Below the pieces are notes generated by a model. The model was not told the DNA's origin. It saw nothing but the letters and a program-made list of their open reading frames with translations, and made no database searches. Shown here one piece after another: positions 42,722-53,097 of a DNA stretch of 64,000 nucleotides. The translations under genes were made by a program, and so were the position numbers. Source of the stretch: Escherichia phage vB_EcoM_Ozark; the sequence record NC_054927.1; one strand, 5' to 3'. Positions within the stretch are counted from its first letter, which is position 1. Every line of letters starts with the position of its first letter.

Positions 42722-44986
42722 TCATAATTTACAGGATGAACAATCTTCAGCTTTTGGAGTTTCTATTTCATAATCATCAGTACCGGAACCATCACGGGTA
42801 TTATGATAATAGAAATTTTTTCCGCCAAAATACCAGAAATACAAAAGGTCATCAATCATTATTGACATTGGAACTTTTCCTTTTGGAAAAATCTGTGGGT
42901 CATAATACGTATTCGCTGAAGCTGATTGACATACCCATTTCAGCATAATAGCTACCTGCGTAAGATAAGGTTTATTACCTTTCTTAGCTAATTTCCATGT
43001 ATAATCATATAGGTCTATGTTATGCTCAATATTGGGCACGACTTGATTAAAGGAACCCTCTTTTGATTCTTTAACAGAGACTGGTCCACGTGGAGGCTCG
43101 ATACCGTTTGTACTGTTAGAAACTTGGGAAGATGACTCACATGGCATAAGTGCTGATAATGTGCTATTACGGATGCCAAAGAGCTTAAGGTCTTCCCGCA
43201 GCGACGACCAGTCACAAACGTATTTTGGAGCTGCGATTTGGTCAATCTTTTTATTGTACCAGTCGATAGGTAATTCGCCTCGAGACCAACGAGTGTCTGA
43301 ATAATATTCGCAAGGTCCTTTTTCTTTGGCGAGCTTAATGGATGCTTTAATGAGTCCATACTGTAATCTCTCAAATAGTTCATGTGTTAAATCGTTAGCA
43401 TCTTCATAAGAAGCAAAGTTACTTGCCAGCCAAGCTGCATAGTTGGTAACACCTACACCGAGGTTACGACGCTTTTTAGCTTTTTCTGCTTCAGGAACTG
43501 GATATCCTTGATAATCCAAAAGATTATCAAGAGCACGAACTTGAACTTCTGCCAATTCATTAATTTTATCTTGGTCTTGCCAGTCAAAATTATCTAGTAC
43601 GAATGCAGAGAGAGTACACAATCCAATTTCAGCATCAGGACTGTTCACATCATTTGTTGGAATAGCAATTTCACAGCACAAGTTACTCTGACGAATAGGT
43701 GCCTTTTCACGAATAAACGGAGTATAGTTATTCGTATTATCAATGAACTGCACATAAATCCTTGCTGTTCCTGAACGTTCAGTCATGAGCAATTCAAATA
43801 GTTCACGGGCTTTAATACGCTTTTTACGAATATTAGGGTCTTTTTCTGCTGCTTCGTATAATTCACGGAAACGGTCTTGGTCTTTAAAATAAGAATAATA
43901 AAGCTCGCCACCCATTTCATGTGGACTGAACAAAGTAATGTAATCGTTCTTTCCGAATCGTTCCATCATCAAATCATTCAGTTGAACACCATAATCCATA
44001 TGACGAATGCGGTTTTCTTCTACGCCTTTGTTATTTTTCAAAACGAGAAGATTTTCAACTTCCAAATGCCAAATAGGATAATAAGCAGTAGCAGCGCCGC
44101 CACGAATTCCACCCTGTGAGCATGATTTAACAGCAGTTTGAAAATGTTTCCAAAAAGGAATAACACCGGTATGGCGTACTTCACCCATGCCAATCTTAGA
44201 ACCTTCGGCACGAATCATACCAACGTTAATACCAATTCCAGCGCGTTTAGAGATATATTCAACAATTGAAGCAGAAGCCTTATTGATAGACTTCAGCGAA
44301 TCACCTGCCTCAATAACAACACATGAACTAAACTGTCGAGTCGGAGTACGGCAACCAGCCATAATAGGAGTTGGCAATGAAATCTGTCGAGTAGATACTG
44401 CTTCATAAAAACGGATAACATGTTTTAGTCTATCAACAGGTTCATCTTGATGCAATGCCATTCCAATAGCCATAAATGCAAACTGCGGAGTTTCATAAAT
44501 TTGACCAGTGGTTTTATCTTTAACTAGATATTTTTCTTTTAATTGCATCGCCCCGGAATAAGTAAATTCCATATCCCGCTCGTGCTTAATTTTTGATTCT
44601 AAAAATGTAATTTCTTCCGCAGAATATTTTGACAATAATTCAGGGTCATATTTCCCTTCATTTACGCAATAAGAAATATGGTCAATAAATGAACGCGGTT
44701 CATACTGCCCGTAAACATGCTTACGAAGAGCAAACATTAAACAGCGTGCAGCTACATATTGATAATCAGGCTCTTCAACCGAAATAGAATTCGCAGCAGC
44801 CTTAATTACAATAGTTTGAATGTCATCAGTGGTCATTCCATCACGGAGATATGATTTAATATTTTCATATAATTCATAAGGATCTACAGATGTTCCTTCA
44901 GCTGCCCAAGATAAAACTTTAATAATTTTTTGTGGGTCAAAGCTCTGAGAAACACCACTACTTTTGATAACATTAATTAATTGCAT
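42722..44986 (-). CDS. nrdA: ribonucleotide reductase large subunit
   Basis: 754 aa from the ATG at 44986 (MQLINVIKSSG) with GAGGA SD; the track ORF is extended upstream from a TTG. Confidence 0.93.
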   Translation of the reverse strand: MQLINVIKSSGVSQSFDPQKIIKVLSWAAEGTSVDPYELYENIKSYLRDGMTTDDIQTIVIKAAANSISVEEPDYQYVAARCLMFALRKHVYGQYEPRSFIDHISYCVNEGKYDPELLSKYSAEEITFLESKIKHERDMEFTYSGAMQLKEKYLVKDKTTGQIYETPQFAFMAIGMALHQDEPVDRLKHVIRFYEAVSTRQISLPTPIMAGCRTPTRQFSSCVVIEAGDSLKSINKASASIVEYISKRAGIGINVGMIRAEGSKIGMGEVRHTGVIPFWKHFQTAVKSCSQGGIRGGAATAYYPIWHLEVENLLVLKNNKGVEENRIRHMDYGVQLNDLMMERFGKNDYITLFSPHEMGGELYYSYFKDQDRFRELYEAAEKDPNIRKKRIKARELFELLMTERSGTARIYVQFIDNTNNYTPFIREKAPIRQSNLCCEIAIPTNDVNSPDAEIGLCTLSAFVLDNFDWQDQDKINELAEVQVRALDNLLDYQGYPVPEAEKAKKRRNLGVGVTNYAAWLASNFASYEDANDLTHELFERLQYGLIKASIKLAKEKGPCEYYSDTRWSRGELPIDWYNKKIDQIAAPKYVCDWSSLREDLKLFGIRNSTLSALMPCESSSQVSNSTNGIEPPRGPVSVKESKEGSFNQVVPNIEHNIDLYDYTWKLAKKGNKPYLTQVAIMLKWVCQSASANTYYDPQIFPKGKVPMSIMIDDLLYFWYFGGKNFYYHNTRDGSGTDDYEIETPKAEDCSSCKL

Positions 44987-45011
44987 AAGTCCTCTGTAGT
45001 AAGTTACCCCA

Positions 45012-45019
45012 TATAAATA
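45012..45019 (+). promoter_or_regulatory. late promoter motif upstream of the free-standing GIY-YIG gene
   Basis: TATAAATA 22 nt upstream of the ATG at 45042, followed by AGGAG SD. Confidence 0.5.
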
Positions 45020-45041
45020 TAATTTTATATAGGAGAATATA

Positions 45042-45773
45042 ATGAAATCTGGAATATATGCTATTATAAACACTAAAACCAATAAGCACTATATAGGAAG
45101 TGCAATTAATTTTGAAGAACGATGGAAACGACACTTTAAAGATTTAGATAATGGAAATCATCATTCAATAAAGCTGCAGCGTTCTTATAATAAGCATGGG
45201 AAAGATGCTTTCGTATGTAAAATCATAGAAGAACTTCCATACGAAAAATCTATCATTATTGAACGTGAAAATTATTGGATACATGAATATGACTCAAAGG
45301 AAAATGGGTATAATATAGCAGACGCATCGTTTGGGGATACCTTATCTCATCACCCAAGAAAGCAAGAAATCCTTAATAAAATTTCAAATGCAATTAAAAA
45401 TAATAATTCAAAATTATCACCAGAAGAACTTAAGCAAAAACATGGTAGACCTAAAGACATCAAAGGTAAAACTATAGAAGAACACTATGGGTTAGATCGT
45501 GCTATAGAAATAAGCAAAAAGTTCCAAGAAAGAAACGCTGCACTTAATATGAAAGGCATCAATAATCCATATTATGGACAGACACATACCAATGAAGTTA
45601 GAAAACGAATTTCTGACTCACAAAGAGGTAAAAAGAAACCCCATCTAAGAGTAAGTATAGATGGGGTAGAATATCCAACAATAGCAGAAGCTGTGCGTCA
45701 AACCGGAATAAGCAGAAAACTTATATCTAAAAGATGTGCTCTAGATTGTTGGGAATCATATTTATACTGCTAA
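45042..45773 (+). CDS. free-standing GIY-YIG homing endonuclease, I-TevI-like
   Basis: 243-aa ORF starting [21 protein letters not shown] with ERWKRHF and [13 protein letters not shown] blocks closely resembling I-TevI; opposite strand to nrdA and td. Confidence 0.8.
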
Positions 45774-46007
45774 AGTTCTACATTCGTCATATTGTTTTTC
45801 CGTTAAAACAGTAATATCGTAGTAACAGTCAGAAGAAGTTTTAACTGTGGAAATTTTATTATCAAAATACTCACGAGTCATTTTATGAGTATAGTATTTT
45901 TTACCATAAATGGTAATAGGCTGTTCTGGTCCTGGAACTTCTAACTCGCTTGGGTTAGGAAGTGTAAAAAGAACAACGCCAGAAGTATCTTTAAATCGTA
46001 AAATCAT
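45762..46007 (-). CDS. hypothetical protein translationally coupled downstream of td
   Basis: 81-aa ORF whose ATG overlaps the td stop (ATGA). Confidence 0.5.
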
Positions 46008-46864
46008 ATTGCCATTTTCCCTTTAATTGCTGGATGCGATTCATAATTTTCAAGGATAAAATCTTTCGGTTTCATGTATTCAGTTAACCAGTAAAGCTGT
46101 GTTTCGGTGTCACAATTTCCAAACTCTATAGGCCAATCAATTTTAAGTTCACATAGTTCTTTAGGCTCACGACGTAAAATTTCTTTACATTGCTCAGTAT
46201 GATTCATATAGATGTGAGTATTACCACCAGAAAATATCAAATCTCCTGGGATAAGATTACACATCTTAGCCACAATATGCGTCAAGGCAGCGTACGAGGC
46301 AATGTTGAATGGCAATCCCAAGAAAACATCTACACTTCTTTGGTACCATTGTAAATCAAGATAACCATTACGCACATTAAACTGATAGAACATATGACAG
46401 GGCGGTAATGCCATTTGATTGATTTCAGCTGGATTCCATGCTGAAACGATTTGACGTCGATCAGTTGGTAATTTTTTAATACGATCAATAGTTTCAACTA
46501 ATTGATCCACACCACCGAAATCACGCCATTGTTTACCGTATATAGGACCAAGTTCACCACTATGATATCCTAGGTCTTTAGCCTGGTTTTCATAGTTATC
46601 GTCCCAAATAGTTTTACCTTGAATAAGACTACCATGAGTGCGAAGACGTAAATCATTAACATTGGTAGAACCGGAAATAAACCATAGAAGCTCAGCAATG
46701 CATGCATTCCAGGCGAGCTTCTTAGTTGTTACTGCAGGAAAACCTTTAGTTAAATCCCAGCGTAATTTAGTACCGAACAAAGCAATTGTTCCTGTGCCTG
46801 TTCGGTCATCGGTTTCATAGCCATTTTCAAAAATGTCTTTAATTAAATCTTGGTATTGTTTCAT
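46004..46864 (-). CDS. td: thymidylate synthase, uninterrupted (no intron)
   Basis: Continuous 286-aa ORF containing the conserved TS active-site region ([12 protein letters not shown]). Confidence 0.93.
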
Positions 46865-46909
46865 TTAGTACCTTATATAAATTATAATACATTTTATGAA
46901 GCTGAATAA

Positions 46910-47269
46910 TCAATACGGTTTAGCATCAAATTTTCTCTCAATTTCAGGTGTGAAATATAATTCTTTACCGCGTTTGGAAAAGCGACCAATAATATGATAA
47001 TTATTCTCATCAAACGTGATATTACCAATATCCATAGCTTTCAACCAAATATCGATATTTCTATCCAGCTTTATGTCAAAATTCCAATACGGAGAACTAT
47101 TACCGAAAATACTACAAGCGGATTCAGTGAAACAGCTACTATAAATCTTGTCTTTAGGAACTACTAATTGATAAACACCTTTAATAAACTGAGGACCTTG
47201 CCATTTTGGCTGTTTCGCGTCTTTTTCTAATAGAATAGGGTAATAATTAAAATTCATATTTTCCGCCAT
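46910..47269 (-). CDS. hypothetical protein inserted between frd and td
   Basis: 119-aa ATG-initiated ORF occupying a 417-bp spacer between frd and td. Confidence 0.5.
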   Translation of the reverse strand: MAENMNFNYYPILLEKDAKQPKWQGPQFIKGVYQLVVPKDKIYSSCFTESACSIFGNSSPYWNFDIKLDRNIDIWLKAMDIGNITFDENNYHIIGRFSKRGKELYFTPEIERKFDAKPY

Positions 47270-47277
47270 GCGTTATT

Positions 47278-48104
<827 letters not shown>

Positions 48105-48115
48105 ATCATCTCCAA

Positions 48116-48448
48116 TTAAAAAGGATCAGGAACGTATCCGCTAGCTTTAATCATTTTAATTAACGTTAACATTCCTTTGTTAACTGCTCGTGAGATTTCA
48201 TCAAAAGCTTCAGGATTAAAAAGTTCTAACACGCCCTTCTGAACTTTTAATTTACAGCCAACAATTTCTTCATCGCCTATAGTAAATTCATTACCACCAA
48301 TTCCTCCGAAAAACTTAATTACACCAGTTAACTGTCTTCCACGAGAATATGGGTCGTGTGATAAATTAATATGAGTCACCCCGGGTACAGTTTTAAATTG
48401 GCAGCGAATGTTTACTTGGGAAATTCCAGTTACATGAATATCAGACAT
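48116..48448 (-). CDS. hypothetical protein
   Basis: 110-aa ATG-initiated ORF. Confidence 0.45.
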   Translation of the reverse strand: MSDIHVTGISQVNIRCQFKTVPGVTHINLSHDPYSRGRQLTGVIKFFGGIGGNEFTIGDEEIVGCKLKVQKGVLELFNPEAFDEISRAVNKGMLTLIKMIKASGYVPDPF

Positions 48449-48458
48449 AATATTTTCC

Positions 48459-48701
48459 TCAAACAGACTTTTTCACAATTTTCCAATCAGCTTTAAACTG
48501 TTCAACGTCAGAATGGTAAATCCAGAATCCTGCGCTTTCTCCATCCTCATAAAGAGGGCATCCATCACATTCATCTTCCCATCCCATATCACGCAAAAGA
48601 CGTTCAGCTTTTTCAACAAGTTCAGAATCTTTACCAATAATATTAAAATACCATTTACCTCTAACTTCTGAATCTTTGATACTCTGACGTTGTAATCTCA
48701 T
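48459..48701 (-). CDS. hypothetical protein
   Basis: 80 aa from the ATG at 48701 with AAGGAG SD; the track ORF begins at an upstream TTG. Confidence 0.4.
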   Translation of the reverse strand: MRLQRQSIKDSEVRGKWYFNIIGKDSELVEKAERLLRDMGWEDECDGCPLYEDGESAGFWIYHSDVEQFKADWKIVKKSV

Positions 48702-48758
48702 TTTATTCTCCTTAGTTGATAAGGCTATAGTATCACTACCATAGCCTGTTGTAAACAA

Positions 48759-49019
48759 TTATTTTTGAATTTTATCGAGCCACTTACCAAGCTTAATCAT
48801 TTCTTTAGTAGCCTTTTCCATACTTCTGAACTTAACCAATAGAGGATAGGTATCGACACCCATAACTAAACTGGTTACAAGACTGTGTTCACCCACAAGC
48901 CATAACGAATACGTTTGAATATCGAGCCCGTAATTTCTGTCTTTGTGGACCCGTACACCCATCACTTCAAATTTCTCACTAGCTTTTTCTACCGCATTCA
49001 GGAAATCATCTTTAGTCAT
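48759..49019 (-). CDS. hypothetical protein
   Basis: 86 aa from the ATG at 49019; the track ORF begins at a TTG. Confidence 0.4.
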   Translation of the reverse strand: MTKDDFLNAVEKASEKFEVMGVRVHKDRNYGLDIQTYSLWLVGEHSLVTSLVMGVDTYPLLVKFRSMEKATKEMIKLGKWLDKIQK

Positions 49020-49020
49020 A

Positions 49021-49401
49021 TTAGGCCTTAAAAGTTTTTCGCAAAAGTTCAATGATTTCGTCTACATTGTTTTCATCTACAATGCAGTGAATTTTTGTTA
49101 CGCCAGAAACCTTGTCTTTGACTTCATCTTTTTCAGAAGTCGGTTCTTTATACTCACGAAAACAATGAAATTCGTCTTCGCAAATTTCTAAAAGTCTATC
49201 TTTGAGGTAAAAATGCTTTCCATTTGCGCATTCAATGTGTTTTACTGCTTTATATCCGTTAGCGACGGAAACTTCTTTAACTTCAAACCATCCGCCATTA
49301 TCTCGAATGGCTTTAACTATTGATGAATTAGAACGTGGGCTATAATTAATAAATGTATCAATAAGTCTTGGAACAAGTTCATACTTTTTACCAGTATACA
49401 T
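49021..49401 (-). CDS. hypothetical protein
   Basis: 126-aa ATG-initiated ORF. Confidence 0.45.
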   Translation of the reverse strand: MYTGKKYELVPRLIDTFINYSPRSNSSIVKAIRDNGGWFEVKEVSVANGYKAVKHIECANGKHFYLKDRLLEICEDEFHCFREYKEPTSEKDEVKDKVSGVTKIHCIVDENNVDEIIELLRKTFKA

Positions 49402-49445
49402 TACGGTTTCCTCATTTTGATAGGGGCTTGATAGCCCCTTGATAA

Positions 49446-49676
49446 TTATTGTTCAATCAGTCCCATGTAAAATTCTGCGTCTTCAGAATCCATGCCATCA
49501 CAATATTCATTAGCCATAAAGCGGGTGAGGTCTTCAAGAGGACCTTCAATGACAATAGAAAAATTGCAATAATTGGGATCATCGTGAATACTTGTGATGC
49601 TAAGTTCAGGATAACGATTACGAATAATTTCTTCGATATATTCAAAATCAACGATGTCAATATCAACTTTAGCCAT
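49446..49676 (-). CDS. hypothetical acidic protein
   Basis: 76 aa from the ATG at 49676 with AAAGAGGAAA SD; the track ORF begins at a TTG. Confidence 0.4.
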   Translation of the reverse strand: MAKVDIDIVDFEYIEEIIRNRYPELSITSIHDDPNYCNFSIVIEGPLEDLTRFMANEYCDGMDSEDAEFYMGLIEQ

Positions 49677-49782
49677 ATTATTTTCCTCTTTAATCATCAG
49701 CAGTATTGCCGATAGTTGTATAGTACCATGGAAGGACAAGGATGTAAACTGTTTTGTGAAAAAAATTTTTGAAATAAAAAAA

Positions 49783-49801
49783 GGGGACCTCTAGGGTCCC
49801 C
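49783..49801 (-). terminator. intrinsic terminator downstream of gene 32
   Basis: 7-bp GC-rich stem (GGGGACC/GGUCCCC) followed by a U-run on the minus strand. Confidence 0.65.
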
Positions 49802-49823
49802 AATTAATTAATAATATAATCTA

Positions 49824-50732
49824 TTAAAGGTCATTCAAAAGGTCATCCAGGTCCGTGTCATCAGCACTAGATGAACTGCCAGAGCTTGAGCTCATAAAAT
49901 CATCTTCAGTTTTTGTATTGAAGTCATCAACATTGAATGCATCCAAATCATCAGCAACTTTATCAGCTTTCTTAGCAGCAGTCGCTGCGGCACCGCCCAT
50001 CACAGCAGTTCCCATAACTTGACCGAATTTAGTATTCAGTTCTTCAAATGATTTGAATTTATCTTTAGAAGTCATTTCAGAAAGGTCAACCATTTGTTCG
50101 AACAGTTCTTTCTGGAAAGATTCATCATCAATGTTTGGAATCGCAGATTGATTCAGGAATTTAGATTCGTCGTAGTTACTAAATCCAGAAACTTGTTTAA
50201 CTTTCAGTACAAAGTTAGCACCTTCCCACGGACAAGTTACATCAACTGGAGTTTCACCCATTTCAACATCAACCGCAATCATTGCATTGATTTTATCCCA
50301 GATTTTCTTACCGAAACGGTATTTAAATACTTTACCTTCGTTTTCTGGAGCAGCTGGGTCTTTTACTACAAGAATGTTAGCCCAGTAAGAAGTTTTACGT
50401 TTAACAAGACTGTACTCTTTATTGTCAGTGTTGTACAGATCATTTTTACTAATATATTGACATACTGGGCAAGAATCGTAATCACCGTGGGTAGATGAAC
50501 AGTTTTCAATATACCATTTACCATTTTTCTTGAAACCGTGATTTACAAGAATTGCGAATGGTGCTTGTTCATCATTTTTAGACGGAAGAAAACGAATTAC
50601 TGCTTGACCGTTACCCGCATTGTCGAGTTTCAGTTTCCACTCGCCTTTATCTTCAGAAGAAAAACCACCTTTATTTCCAGCCAGTTTAGCCATTTGTGCA
50701 GCGAGTTCAGCAGTAGATTTACGTTTAAACAT
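49824..50732 (-). CDS. 32: single-stranded DNA-binding protein
   Basis: ORF starting [17 protein letters not shown] with Zn-binding Cys/His cluster and acidic Ser-rich C-terminus. Confidence 0.95.
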   Translation of the reverse strand: MFKRKSTAELAAQMAKLAGNKGGFSSEDKGEWKLKLDNAGNGQAVIRFLPSKNDEQAPFAILVNHGFKKNGKWYIENCSSTHGDYDSCPVCQYISKNDLYNTDNKEYSLVKRKTSYWANILVVKDPAAPENEGKVFKYRFGKKIWDKINAMIAVDVEMGETPVDVTCPWEGANFVLKVKQVSGFSNYDESKFLNQSAIPNIDDESFQKELFEQMVDLSEMTSKDKFKSFEELNTKFGQVMGTAVMGGAAATAAKKADKVADDLDAFNVDDFNTKTEDDFMSSSSGSSSSADDTDLDDLLNDL

Positions 50733-50815
50733 TTTTATTTCCTTTTTAATTTAATTAACAGTTGGTGCTATGACGATGTATGACCTCATAGCTAGTCAGT
50801 GAGATAATTATAATC

Positions 50816-50823
50816 TATTTATA
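50816..50823 (-). promoter_or_regulatory. late promoter motif upstream of gene 32
   Basis: Minus-strand TATAAATA in the 59-32 intergenic region, with a TATAAT -10 nearby. Confidence 0.45.
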
Positions 50824-50831
50824 ATAAGCAA

Positions 50832-51485
50832 TTAATACTTACAAGATTTCACAGTTTCAATGAAAACACTTTTAGCTTTCTGTGAATCAATATTTAAAAT
50901 TTTTCTATAAGCCTTTAACTTTATAGAATAATTATTCCAGACTAAATTATCAGTCTGTTCATCATGTTTATCAATTATATTTAAAAATGAATCAAGCAAG
51001 ATAAACGTCTCAAACGAAATTATGTTCGATTGCAGAAGTTTAAAAATATAACTTGATTGAACTTTTGGATTATATTCAAAAATTTCTTTAAAAGCAGAAA
51101 CTTCAACTTTTTTACTAAAATAATAAATGTTGCGAATATCTTCTTCAAACTTAAATTTAATTTGCTTTAAGCGTCCGATATATTCACGATAAAACACAAG
51201 TGCATCAGCGTCAGAGATGTCGCCAATCCAAGCATCTTGGTTAGCAACCAAATTACTTATAAAGATTAAAGCAAGTTCCTTTAATTTATATTTTTCTGAT
51301 AACTTCTGGAAAAAATACTTATCCCTTCGCTTTTGATAAGCGGCATCAGACACCCGCATGCACCAATTATACTTAATAACATCATACTTTCCATTCATAT
51401 GTTGTTTTATCATTAAGTATAATTTATAAACTGATTTACCATCAATGTATCTTTCACCACCAGCAGGCATGCGGAGTTTAATCAT
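50832..51485 (-). CDS. 59: helicase loader (gp41 loading protein)
   Basis: 217-aa ORF in the T4 position between 33 and 32. Confidence 0.85.
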   Translation of the reverse strand: MIKLRMPAGGERYIDGKSVYKLYLMIKQHMNGKYDVIKYNWCMRVSDAAYQKRRDKYFFQKLSEKYKLKELALIFISNLVANQDAWIGDISDADALVFYREYIGRLKQIKFKFEEDIRNIYYFSKKVEVSAFKEIFEYNPKVQSSYIFKLLQSNIISFETFILLDSFLNIIDKHDEQTDNLVWNNYSIKLKAYRKILNIDSQKAKSVFIETVKSCKY

Positions 51486-51820
51486 AGCAGAAAATCTAAT
51501 GTATTAGTTTTTTCACAACGAACAACAGAAGGACGTAAAAGATTTTCGTCAATAGCTTCCGACTGAATTTTTTCAATTATACCCGAAGGAATAAATTTAG
51601 CAAATTGAGTTTCAGGAATAGAGTTTTCTTCCAAGAATGCTGTCGTAGCTTCAAGATAACTCATTCCAAACTCTTCTACCATTTTTTCAATAATAAATCC
51701 ATTTTCTTGACGATCAAGAAGCTTTGCTATTTCATCCTTTTCTTTCTTAATTGAAAGTTCTTTTTCTGAAAGACCGGTCTCATCGACCGGACGAATATCA
51801 TTTAGAGAAAACTGTGTCAT
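51482..51820 (-). CDS. 33: late transcription co-activator
   Basis: 112 aa from the ATG at 51820 (MTQFSLNDIRPVD); the track ORF begins at a TTG. Confidence 0.8.
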   Translation of the reverse strand: MTQFSLNDIRPVDETGLSEKELSIKKEKDEIAKLLDRQENGFIIEKMVEEFGMSYLEATTAFLEENSIPETQFAKFIPSGIIEKIQSEAIDENLLRPSVVRCEKTNTLDFLL

Positions 51821-52067
51821 AAAGTTCAACTACCTCTTCAGTTTCAGCTTCAAACACATCACGGTTATCTTTATGATACAAAGCTAATAGACGATTAAAC
51901 ATCTTACCATCAACGCCAAGTTCATCTTTGGCACGAATTCGAATATCTTTAATCAGTTCATTATAACCGGAAATTTTCAGTTTATGATCAGATGCTTCTT
52001 TAATAAATTTAGCCAAGTCTTCGCCATGGATAGCTTCATCAAATTCAACCATTTCTTTTTTAGCCAT
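51798..52067 (-). CDS. dsbA: double-stranded DNA-binding protein
   Basis: 89-aa ORF overlapping the start of gene 33. Confidence 0.75.
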   Translation of the reverse strand: MAKKEMVEFDEAIHGEDLAKFIKEASDHKLKISGYNELIKDIRIRAKDELGVDGKMFNRLLALYHKDNRDVFEAETEEVVELYDTVFSK

Positions 52068-52075
52068 TATTCACC

Positions 52076-52993
52076 TCAAAATTCATTAATGCTATTAGTT
52101 AATTTAGAAAGACCCGCTTTTACAAAATATGAATAAATTTTGCCACGCGGTGGTAATTTATATGAATTATAGTAATTCACAATGTTTGAAGCAATATTAT
52201 CAGGAATATAATCAAAATCAATTAGAACTAAATTTTCTTTATAACGATTATATTCAGATTCTGTGAGAAGCACCTTAGCTTGCTCACGGTCATTAGCAAT
52301 AGCTTCAACGATTGAAGTTTTCATTGAAGGAGTTCGTTCACCTTCAACTCTGGTAAACCAAAAGTCAGATCGTACTTTAACTGAAGCAACGTTATCCTTT
52401 TTGTCGCCTTTAAGGATTTTAGTCATGCAATCAATTTCAGCAGAACCGCTTTTAATTTTAACCCATTTCTTATGCATCGGTGACCATTGCTTAACATTTG
52501 GATATTTGTGAAGCTGTGTAAAGTCACCATCCGATGAAATGATTAAAATCTTGTGTCCTTCTAAAGAGAACTTTTTAACAAGAACAGCAATGTGGTCATC
52601 CGCTTCATACTTATCAATATCCATAACAATGTATGGCATATAAGCTTTCAATTCATCTATAACTTTATGGCTGGATTCAAAATAACCTTCCCAGTCCCAA
52701 GTAGATTCTTCTCGTGCTTTTCCACGGTTTTTCTTATAATAATAAGCGAAATCACGACGCCAGTATCCAGATTTCGCGTTATCAATACACAGTACAATTT
52801 TAGTGTATCCAAGCGTTTTTGCTTTTTTGACATTAAACTTAATTGAGTTCAATATCAAATGACGAACCATTGATAAATTAATTTTTTCTTTATCTGGGAA
52901 GTTTACTAAAGCAGTTGAAAGCGCAATTTGACTAAAGTCAATAAAGCAAATTCCTTCTTTGTAATCTTCATCCAACATCATTTCTAAATCCAT
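52076..52993 (-). CDS. rnh: RNase H (5'-3' exonuclease, FEN family)
   Basis: 305 aa from the ATG at 52993 (MDLEMMLDEDYKEG); the track ORF begins at a TTG. Confidence 0.88.
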   Translation of the reverse strand: MDLEMMLDEDYKEGICFIDFSQIALSTALVNFPDKEKINLSMVRHLILNSIKFNVKKAKTLGYTKIVLCIDNAKSGYWRRDFAYYYKKNRGKAREESTWDWEGYFESSHKVIDELKAYMPYIVMDIDKYEADDHIAVLVKKFSLEGHKILIISSDGDFTQLHKYPNVKQWSPMHKKWVKIKSGSAEIDCMTKILKGDKKDNVASVKVRSDFWFTRVEGERTPSMKTSIVEAIANDREQAKVLLTESEYNRYKENLVLIDFDYIPDNIASNIVNYYNSYKLPPRGKIYSYFVKAGLSKLTNSINEF

Positions 52994-53055
52994 ATGAACC
53001 TCGTTCAATTAGTGAGATTTCTATTATATACCATCCAAATCTTAAAGTAAACAAG

Positions 53056-53063
53056 TATAAATA
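53056..53063 (+). promoter_or_regulatory. late promoter motif upstream of gene 34
   Basis: TATAAATA 35 nt upstream of the gene 34 ATG. Confidence 0.55.
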
Positions 53064-53097
53064 CTTATTATTGAAAACACAATAGGAGCCCGGGAGA

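Noticed and set aside
44987-45082. N-terminal extension of nrdA in the ORF track (786 aa) and similar extensions for rnlA, denA, gp20, gp33, rnh and uvsW.1
   Set aside because: The track starts these ORFs at upstream TTG/GTG codons; in each case an in-frame ATG with a good SD gives the T4-sized protein, and for denA the track start lies inside the leader hairpin.
46004-46864. Expected group I intron with I-TevI inside td
   Set aside because: td is one uninterrupted 286-codon ORF with no internal stop or frame break, so no td intron is present; the I-TevI-like gene is free-standing instead.
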